A stretch of DNA of 64,000 bases. Source: Octopus vulgaris. Lineage: Eukaryota. The stretch spans positions 11,408,001-11,472,000 of the forward strand of contig OX597832.1 of assembly GCA_951406725.2 (NCBI GenBank), written 5' to 3'. The notes under the pieces are model-generated. The model was given only the letters and a program-made list of their open reading frames with translations, did not search any database and was not told the origin of the DNA. Numbering within the stretch: the first letter of the stretch is position 1; each line of letters begins with the position of its first letter. Of the stretch, positions 54,035-64,000 are shown in pieces. Position numbers and translations under genes: made by a program.

Positions 54035-55017
54035 TATATATATATATATATACATATGTAAGATTTAAATATCGTTATATATAATACATTGATTTATTGA
54101 AGCATAAGAGCTTCTGTAGATTCTATATTGTGTGTGTATGGGGGGGGGGGGGTAACTGTTATTGTATGCGTGTGTGTGTGCTTGTACAATACGTATGTAC
54201 AATGCACATACTGTACAGTGCGCATGTAAGCATAAATATGGCACAAATGCATGCATGAATTGTTGCCAATTAAATGAAGTTATAACGCAAATTGTTATTG
54301 TTTTGTTGAAATGCTAATTTCTTCGTATAAGGTACATAGCGTTTCAGATGTTCATTGAATTACAACATATTTTGATCAAGTTACAAAAAAACATACACTA
54401 CACCGGTTTTAAAATTCTACGTCAATGTATAACAGACTAACACGTATAAATTATTTGAATTAGTTTATTTTCTCTATTTTGAATATTTGCTGAAATTCGA
54501 TTAATTTTTTATCTACAGCAAACGTTACTTCGATCAATTGCATTTAGAGCTACTGTTTTTGATCATATGTATTTCGTTGAAACTCAATTCAAACCACCGA
54601 TGTAAATATTCCTCCACGGAACATCCTGAATATCAGTTCTCAAAGACAGGTTAACGAAAATTAAACATAGATAACTCCACACAAATCGGTTCTTTGTCAT
54701 CAGTATATTGTCATGTTATCATATGTGTTTTATTTTTGTTATGCTTCATGTTCTTGTTTACTTTTATCTACAATCTTAAGTGGCCATCGACAACTGGGCA
54801 GATATGTTATCAAAGGCGTTGTAATCTGCGAGAATTTGCGTGTCCCACAACGATATATTTAGTCTTGTAAAGCAATTTTTCTTTTAATGGCTTCCTAGAG
54901 GTCATCTAACTGTCCATGTTTAAGAGCACCAAAGCGTTTATACATACATATATACATACATACATATATATATAAATAAATAGATATATATACATATACA
55001 TATATATATAAATAAAT

Positions 55018-55072
<55 letters not shown>

Positions 55073-55736
55073 TTCATGTTAAAACGACTTCAGATAAGTG
55101 TGTAAAATAATTAGATTATTTCTGTCAGATCTACATCTTAGATATTATAAGTAGAGACACGATATTTTCTTGTGGCTTTAGTATTTTTCAAAAGTTTCAT
55201 ATCTGTATAGGCGTATTCCTCTTTCACTGATTATAAACTTGTACGTATTGAAAGAAAGTGAGTTATAAAACTTGAAATCTTAAATACATTTATTTAAATT
55301 AATAACTGAAAGCAAAATGAAATCTGAATTTTAATAAGTGAAATTGTGATTTTTTTAATCTTTACTTTTCATATCCTAAACAATATGTTCAATTTTCTAT
55401 TATCTCTGACATGCGATCAAGGAAATGTGATGTTAAAATATAAAACTAAAATTAGATGTATTTTAATTACGAAGAAAATATCTTACGTCTAGTAGAGTTA
55501 TATTAATGCATATTTCAAACACAAGACGTAACAACAAATATCTGACATATTACGAAAGTTATTAATATAAATTTAAAAGAGATGAAAAAAGAACAATTTA
55601 CAAAATGTTCAAAGAATCTGACGTCAATATACGTGATTGGAGAAAATATATTGGGTAAAAGACACAAATGCTTATACGCACACATGCATACATACATATA
55701 TTACATATTTATATACATATGTATATATATATACAC

Positions 55737-55767
<31 letters not shown>

Positions 55768-55781
55768 AAGTTACATGTTTA

Positions 55782-55813
<32 letters not shown>

Positions 55814-56729
55814 AAGTTACATGTTCATATATATATATAAAGTTACATGTTCATATGTATATATATACACACACACAAATATCACACATGCATATATATA
55901 TATGTGTGTGTTGTGTGTAATTGTATGTATTTCAATATGATGTGTCCTAACCTATATGATAGAGGTGAGAAATTCACATTTGAAAAGCCGTCCATATACT
56001 AACCTCTATATACAATTACAAGCAAAAAACACACCACCAATTCTGATGTACATATTAAACAACACATGCATAAGTACACGTGCACTTATACTTATGTAGG
56101 AGAACAAATGTTATGAGAAATCTGCATAAAAGACTTATGCTAGATTTTGTGGCTATTTAGGTCCATATTTGCTTTGAGAAAGCACACCTATAATCGCTTC
56201 CTTTCTCACTTATCCGATATATTTTCTCTTTGTCCTCTTGAGAAACATGATTCATTTTCTGTCAAGGCGACAGTAGACTATTTTGCCTGTTTCATATCTA
56301 TTTGAAGTTTATTTCACTGCTTTATATTAACTGAATGATTAACAAATAAGGACGTTATTCTTGTGCTTGTTGTATATCTTATATATCTAATCTTGTATAT
56401 TTTCTTGTATCACCGTCTTTTGATTTGATTGCGAACCCAAAATTACCGGTTAGGTAGTAGAGATTCATAGAATACGTGCTCAACTTAAGATAATTTCTGA
56501 GATATATTGCGTCGAGTAGCCTCATAGAAAAATGTACTCCACATTGGCCGTAGTCCAATGATTCAAATGCCTGCAAAAGTAAAACAGAGGAATTGGTATG
56601 AAATTATAAGCGTTAATGAAGGTTTCCTTTCTGATTCTTCCGATACGTAGAATTCGAAGGAATTAAGAATGCTGAAGTGAAAATTATAGTGGGGTCAGCA
56701 TATCAGATTCTCCAAGATAGATCTCTCTC

Positions 56730-57139
56730 TCTCTTTTACTCTTTACTCTTTTACTTGTTTCAGTCATTTGACTGTGGCCATGCTGGAGCATCGCCTTTCT
56801 TTAGTCGAGTAACTCGACTTATTCTTTTGTAAGCCCAGTACTTATTCTATCGGTCTCTTTTGCCGAACCGCTAAGTAACGGGGACACCAGCATCGGTTGT
56901 CAAGCAATGCTAGGGGGACAAACACAGACACACAAGCATATATACACACATACATATATATATATATACATATATTTGACGGGCTTCTTTCAGTTTCCGT
57001 CTACCATATCCACTCACAAGGATTTGGTCGGCCCGAGGCTATAGTAGAAGACACTTGCCCAAGGTGACACGCAATGGGACTGAACCCGGAACCATGTGGT
57101 TGGTAAGCAAGCTACTTACCACACAGCCACTCCTGCGCC
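56730..57139 (-). mobile_element. Family B SINE
   Basis: Full length, with a (GAGTAAAA)-like tail and a GGCGCAGGAGTGGCTGTGTGGTAAG head on the minus strand. Confidence 0.92.
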
Positions 57140-57278
57140 TATATCTGTTCAATTTCATTTTAAATCTGAGCTCAGGCTTTGCATGAGTAGATTTATTGCA
57201 TGCTCTTATAATTCATTGGAACAAAACATGAATTGTAAGATCTATAGTTCAGTGTTGCCACAATGAACTTGCATGAAT

Positions 57279-57710
57279 CTCTCTTTTACTCTTTACTCTT
57301 TTACGCTTTTACTTGTTTCAATCATTTGACAGCGGCTATGCTGGAGCACCACGTTTAGTCGAGCAAATCGACCCCCAGCACTTATTCTTTGTAAACCTAC
57401 AACTCATTCTAAATGTCTCTTTTGCCGAACCGCTAGGTTACGGAGACATAAACACACCAGCATCGGTTGTCAAGCGATGTTGGGGAGGGGGGCAAACATA
57501 TACACACACATACATATACACACACATATATATATATCTACATTTATACGACGGGCTTCTTTCAGTTTCCGTCTACCATATCCAGTCACAAGGCTTTGGT
57601 CGGCCCGAGGCTATAGTAGAAGACACTTGCCCAAGTTGCCACGCAATGGGACTGAACCTGGAAACATGTGGTTCGTGAGCAAGCTACTTACCACACAGTC
57701 ACTCCCACGC
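57279..57710 (-). mobile_element. Family B SINE
   Basis: Full-length homologue of 56730-57139. Confidence 0.9.
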
Positions 57711-58299
57711 TTATCTTTTTTTTTTAATGAATATTTTAGGCCCGACGTATTTTTTTAATGTGTCATATATTTAAAGACGGTATGAAACAGCGATTTATTA
57801 AACTTAACTAGTGACTTCGTAGATATTAGTAACTAAGTTCCAATTCTTTGAACAATATCAAATGTTAGCATCAGTCTTAACAAAAAACTTTACAACTTGA
57901 TATGAAGGAAAATTAACCAAAGTTGAATGTCGAATTACTTATCAGCCGTACAAGAATAGACTCACAAGGTATATGTGCAATCTTTTGCATGGCGCATTTT
58001 ACTTAATAAACCTCAATAACGTGAATACAAAGTCACATTAACACATATAATGCGGGCTGATATAGTAGTATCAGAAAAATGAATTAACTCAAAATCAATG
58101 TAAAGTTGATTACTGAAAGTTAAAGAGTAGTATGACAAGAAAATCTATGCGATAGCCATTTTCAGTGCTAAAGGAACAAAAATTATATTGAAGCTAAATA
58201 CCAATATTAGAAAGTAACACGGTAGATGACGTAAAGGTTTTCCTGCGAAGCTATTAATTTCTCTGAGACTTAATGTGTAACTTAATGTGTAAATAGGAA

Positions 58300-58477
58300 A
58301 TCATGTTAAGACAGCAACAGAAAAGAATTAAATAAATATTAATGGATTTTTGTCGGTAATCTGATGGCGCCAGTGTATCGTTAACTTCAGCTCGAAGGGT
58401 ACGCATTTTCTTATCAACTGTTAATATTAGCCAAGCAGACAAGGCTGCAAGAAGTATAGTGATGTCGTTAAAAGTCA
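58300..58477. repeat. Unique-looking segment with an inverted copy at 60079-60249
   Basis: The reverse complement aligns over ~175 bp. The ORF track also shows near-identical peptides (SAWLILTVDKKMRTL...[24 protein letters not shown]) on opposite strands. Confidence 0.92.
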
Positions 58478-58814
58478 CACTTCTTCATCGCTGCTTAATA
58501 TAGAAGCTTTTCTAATGATGTTTACTATTCATCCAATTTGTCACCTGTGTTGTCGTCTTCAAACACGTATTTCACTAATTTCTCAACATTTTATTGTCTA
58601 GTGCACATATATTTCGATGACAAGGAAATCAGCGTGAGAAAAAGATATTGAACTGTATTAGTTAATAAGACATTAATAACCAGTCTTTTACAATACTATA
58701 GTCGTCGAAACTAGACATTATTTGTCTTTGTGATGAAAAAGAAACTTACACGCAAAAAGACACACACACTTCTACATACATACATACATATATTCATAAA
58801 TATATTCATACATA

Positions 58815-59218
58815 GGCGTAGGAGTGGCTGTGTGGTAAGTAGCTTACTTACGAACTATATGGATCTGGATTCAATCCCACTGCATGGCACCTTGGGTAAC
58901 TGTCTTCTACTAGAGTCTCAGGCCGACCAAAGCCTGTGAGTGGATTTGGTAGACGGAAATTGAATGAAGCCTGTCGCATATTTGTATATATATATGTGTG
59001 TGTATAAGTTTGTGTGACTGTGTTTGTCCCCACAACATAGCTTGACAACCGAGGCAGGTGTGTTTACGTCCCCATAACTTAGCGGTTCGGCAAAAGAGAC
59101 CGATAGAATTAGTAATAGGATTACAAAGAATAAGTGCCGGGGTCGATTTGCTCGACTAAAGGCGATGATCCAGCATGGCCACAGTCAAATGACTGAAACA
59201 AGTAAAAGAGTAAGAGTA
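58815..59218 (+). mobile_element. Family B SINE
   Basis: GGCGTAGGAGTGGCTGTGTGGTAAG ... GACTGAAACAAGTAAAAGAG. Confidence 0.92.
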
Positions 59219-59247
59219 TACTCACGCTCAGTCTCGCACACATGCGC

Positions 59248-59320
<73 letters not shown>

Positions 59321-59907
59321 TGTATGTACATGTATAGAGAGAGAATGAGCGATAGATGAGAATGGGGGAGATTGAGGCCAATTAAAATGCTGTGTTATTC
59401 ATTGCGAATATTTTTTACTCATTTGTAGAGATTTTGTAACTCGCGTTAGTAGCATTTTGCATATTTGAATATTTGTATGTGTATGTATGTATGAATGTAT
59501 GTACCTCTCTATTCATATGTGTGTCTATATGTATCTATGTATTTGTGATTATGTGTATATGTATCTATCTATGGATGTATGAATGTATGTACCTATGTAT
59601 TCATATGTGTGTGTATATTTATGTATGTATTTGTGATTATGTGTATATGTATCTATGATTATTCGTCTCTGTGTGTAAACAATTAAATAATAGCGACTGA
59701 TGAACTATTTATACCAACAGGAAATATTTATCTCCCCCTTAAAGTAGATGTCATATTAGAGCAGAGAATACTGTTTAATATACCACCACTGAACTTCTCA
59801 CGTTGACTTGTCGTGTTTTCATCACTGGTGAACGACAAACGTAGCCACAACCACCGAAACCGTCAGATTACACTCACCCTAATTCTCTATGGAATAATTT
59901 TACCATA

Positions 59908-60745
59908 GGCTCAGGAGTGCCTGTGTAGTAAGAACCTTACTACATAGTTCCGGGTTCAGTTCCACTGCGTGGCACTTTGGGTAAGTGTCTTCTGCTACAA
60001 CCTTGGGCCGACCAAAACCTTGTGAGTTGATATGGTAGACGGAAACTGAAAGAAGCCTGTCATATATGTATGTATATATGACTTCTAAGGACATCACTAT
60101 ACTTCTTGCAGCTTGTCTGCTTGGCTAATATTAACAGTTGATAAGAAAATGCGTACCCTTCAAGTTAACGTTACATTGGCGCCATCAGATTACCGACAAC
60201 AATCCATTAATATTTATTTAATTCTTTTCTGTTGTTGTCTTAACATGATACACACACACACACACATATATATATATATGTGTGTGTGTATGTGTATGTA
60301 TATATACATATATGTGTGTGTATGTGTATGTATATATACATATATGTGTGTATGTGTATGTATATATACATATATATGTATGTATATATACACATATATA
60401 TGTATGTATATACATATATATATATATGCATGTGTATATATATATATATTTGAGTGTTTTTGTATCATTAGACAGTCGATCGTTCGCCGAGGGTCCCAGT
60501 TAATACGATCAACGGAACAGCTTGATTGTGAAATTAACGTGCAAGGGGACATAAACACACCAACACCGGTTGTCAAGCGGTGATGGTGTGTTTATTTCCC
60601 GTAACGTAGCGCTTCGGCAAAAAGAAACCGATTGAATAAGTGCCAGACCCAAAGAAATAAGTACCGAGATTGACTCATTCGACTATAAACAAATACGGTG
60701 CCCCAGCATAGCCTCAGTCTAATGACTGAAACATGTAAAAGAAAG
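59908..60745 (+). mobile_element. Family B SINE interrupted by inserted local sequences
   Basis: The 5' half is at 59908-60062 and the 3' half at 60582-60745. The middle holds an inverted copy of 58300-58477, a microsatellite, a copy of 62194-62251, and an inverted piece of family B. Confidence 0.85.
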
Positions 60746-60771
60746 AAAAAAGAAGTGTGTGTATATATATG

Positions 60772-60802
<31 letters not shown>

Positions 60803-62168
60803 ATACATATATTACTTGTGCTAATGACTGGACATTTTTTAGTGGTATTTCTAAACGTCCAAGGAGGACATGCTAACGGGAAACATCAAATAATTCTGCA
60901 ACTATTATTTGAAAATTTGAAAACAATAACCACACTTTTATTTTCACATACTAAAGTTGTAATGAAGAGATCAATATATGTGTTACTAAGGACGTGCATC
61001 ATACCAACTATAGGCAGAACTTGAGAAGAGGCTCAGTTTATTTCATGTAATATATAGGTATTGCATCAATAATTTAGAATTACTCAGTAAAGGACAGAAG
61101 GAACTATGGATAATAGAGAAAATATGAAAGACTATAGGGTCAGGTTAAGTATTGATGGAAGGCAAACGAAAGTTGGGCAGCTGAGAACGCATTTTTCTCT
61201 ATGAAACCTAGAAAAGTCGAACTTTATAAAATGATATGGTGATATGTAAAACTGATGGCTGTCCATACGAGCATAGACCAACATGCGGTACAGGAAATAG
61301 GAAGTGAACTAGCAAACACGATTAGTCGCTGCAACCAAAGTGGTTTTGCCGAGGCTGTTGTTAATATGTATTTATCATGTATTTGATATTGTTAACAGAA
61401 TCGAGATATAGTTTCTAATATCACCACAACATCTGCTACCTTGGTAATCTCTACGAGGTCACTGGTTAAGTCTGTTAAATCGCTAGTTCGTTACGTCTTT
61501 GAATATACGACACATCAGAAAATATGTCCGGTTTAAACTATGCATGAAAGACAGAAACGAAAAACAAAAACGAAAAACAGTGACTCCTCCAACTTCGCTA
61601 AAATCTCTCGAGAATTCATGTCCACAACAAGTCTGCGATACTTGAATGATTTCATTTTGATTTATGTACGTATGTAAGCCTTGCAGACAGACAAAATAAA
61701 ATAAAAACAAAAGTGCAATGATTTAAAACGTTCTCCCCCCTTCCTTTTCCATCCAACCTCGAAGTCTACAGCTTCTTAAAGAGTAAATTTTCTTTCTCTA
61801 ATTCATATTGATTTGGATATATGACCGAGAGACATAAGTGTAGCTAACTTCATCCCCCTTCATTTACAGACATTAGAAACGTATTATAGTTATATACGTC
61901 AGAGAATATAAATTTAGTGAAGCAAATAATTCAACCCAATTGCTTACTCGAATAAATATACATTTTATACCCACTATATTGAAATAATGTAGGACATTTC
62001 TATAACTCGTCCAGAAGTATTCTCTTGGTAATAAGAACGGTTTGCATGAAAGAAATTATGTTGTGACCGTTTAGACACCAGTTCGACTGTGATTGAGCAG
62101 ACCTATGATCAAAAAGGTTCCAATGTGTGTATGTTTGTGTTTGTGTGTGTCTTGTGTGTATATGTATA

Positions 62169-62464
62169 AAGAGCACTCTGTCGGTTACGGAGACGAGGGT
62201 CCCAGTTAATACGATCAGTAGAACAGCTTGGTCGTGAAATTAACGTGCAAGTGGCTGAGGATTCCGCAAACACGTGTACCCTTAACGTAGTTCTCAGGGA
62301 GATTCAGCGTGACAAGGCTGGCCCTTTGGAATATAGGTACTACGCATTTTTGCCAAATGAGTGGACTGCAGTAGCGTGAAAGAAAGTGTCTTGCTCAAGG
62401 TCACAACGCGTCACCGGGATTTGAATTCACGATCAGCCCTAACCATTAAACCACGTGCCTTCAC
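62169..62464 (-). mobile_element. tRNA-derived SINE, family C
   Basis: Minus strand: GGCACGTGGTTTAATGGTTAGGG (A box), AATTCAAATCCC (B box), CCTTGAGCAAGACACTTT, then a body ending GTAACCGACAGAGTGCTC. Confidence 0.8.
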
Positions 62465-62539
62465 TATATACATACATATATATATGTGTGCGTGTGTGTG
62501 TGAATACACACGCGCATATATATATATGCATGCATGTAT

Positions 62540-62680
62540 ATACAATGGGATGCTAAAAATTTTCTGGCTTTGGGCAAAAGAAAAATACAGGAGGTCAGTT
62601 AATTATGGTTTTATTCAAAATATTTCCACATTAGATGCACATATTTATTGCAGCGATACTTAAGTTTTTGTAAGACCTGG
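62540..62680 (-). mobile_element. Mariner 3' terminal remnant
   Basis: Minus-strand translation KLKYRCNKYVHL...KYFE* resembles the mariner C-terminus. It is followed by a short UTR/TIR ending at TA. Confidence 0.5.
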
Positions 62681-64000
62681 GCCGCGAACCAGGCTTTCGC
62701 GTTAACCTTAAAGAAATGAACTTTTCATCATTCCTTCGTATATCCCCATTCGGATATACGGAACAATAACATTCTTTTTTTTTTTAACCACAACGTCTAG
62801 ATTTTCACCATGAATATACAAGTAAAATCATATATAATCAGTGAGCCACAACAGTATAAAATGCAAGATATAAAAAATATTATTGATCAGCGAATATATA
62901 TTATATACATTTCACACAATGTTCAAGCCAATAATTTGACACCTTTTTCTTCTGGGTGCCACAAGCGGCAAATAGCTCCAGTTCAGTTTGTAAACAAAAT
63001 CTTGGTTTCTCTCTATATCTCACTCTCTCTCTCATCACCCTCTCTTTCTCTCCCTCCCTTCTCCTCTTTTCTTTCATTTTTTAAGGACACATAGCCGTAT
63101 CTATATAGGTGCCGTATGATCGACAGTTATGGTGTTTATTTCACAATCATCAAGTCCGTAGTTCGATCCCACTGTGTGGTAATTTGGACAATAGCCATTT
63201 TTCTGTACCCTCTGCTCTATTCATACCGTCTTTGAATCGGTCAGGTGGATTGTGCCTGTAGTTCTAAAGGTAAAACCTATTCGCATGGCATTATGCTTAT
63301 TCCAGTCTGAGAATTATATTAATTGTAGAAATTTCAGCCACTGTAACCAGGCAGCATTTCTCCCAGAGTATGGAGCACTTAAATTATAGCAATAATAAAT
63401 GATGTTTGTTGAGTTGAGTCCAGGTTAAATTAAAAGACCATAGAGTATAACGTTTTTTATACTACAAAATAGGCCAATGTTGCACTTTCCTTTGAAGTAG
63501 CAGACTAGAGTCAACTCAAATTCACTAGAGATCTGAGACAACTAGCGTTCTATAAACGCGCTGACTTTTCCTCTGACAAGTCTTTTTCAGAAATTTGCAT
63601 TTCATCCGAAATATGGATTCACGTCGAAATTGCTACTCTACTGGAATCAAACGGTGGTGCTGATAAATAGAGGCTTGTTCATGTTTATTTCTTTTTTACG
63701 TTATTTTACGTCATATTAGAAATAGCAAAGAAAAGTGATTATCAATAAGACAAAAGAATGCAAAGCCGAAAAGGCCAAATGGAATTGGATGTGAAATTAG
63801 AAGAATTAAATGGTGGTGTAATTTCGAATTTAAGAATTTATTCGATTGGGATCTGAAAATAAAGTTATATTTTTAGTGGGCGCAAAGCCAACTTCTTTCA
63901 TATGAAAGTGTATAGACGATTGAAATGGCGCCAAAGCAAGCCACAAACTGCTCTGACTTTCATATTCAATATTTCTATGTGATTTAATCATGTGACTACT

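Noticed and set aside
58254-58478. Two near-identical ORFs (58254-58478 minus and 60113-60583 plus) as duplicated genes
   Set aside because: The similarity is explained by a DNA-level inverted duplication. The starts are non-ATG and the second ORF runs into a microsatellite.
59690-59735. CTGATGA...GAAA hammerhead-like boxes
   Set aside because: There is no stem I or stem II complementarity.

Overview
AT-rich, microsatellite-dense eukaryotic DNA. The repeat families and compound (TA)n/(CA)n/(AAT)n tracts point to an octopus or other coleoid cephalopod; this is recognition from memory, not a database search. No intact protein-coding gene, rRNA or genuine tRNA is supported, and nearly all listed ORFs are translated microsatellites. 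The window looks intergenic or intronic. It holds many tRNA-derived SINEs of several modular families, decayed Tc1/mariner transposases, an RTE-type RT remnant, an R4/Dong-like endonuclease remnant, a hAT MITE with an 8-bp TSD, and a ~520-550 bp repeat always embedded in (AAT)n. The observations most worth checking are: type I hammerhead ribozyme motifs (13845-13922 near-canonical, plus degenerate ones); a SINE whose internal microsatellite carries DNA apparently copied from 1.6-1.7 kb away on both sides; several hairpins, palindromes and foldbacks; and a few weak candidate exons. No clearly novel multi-gene system is evident.
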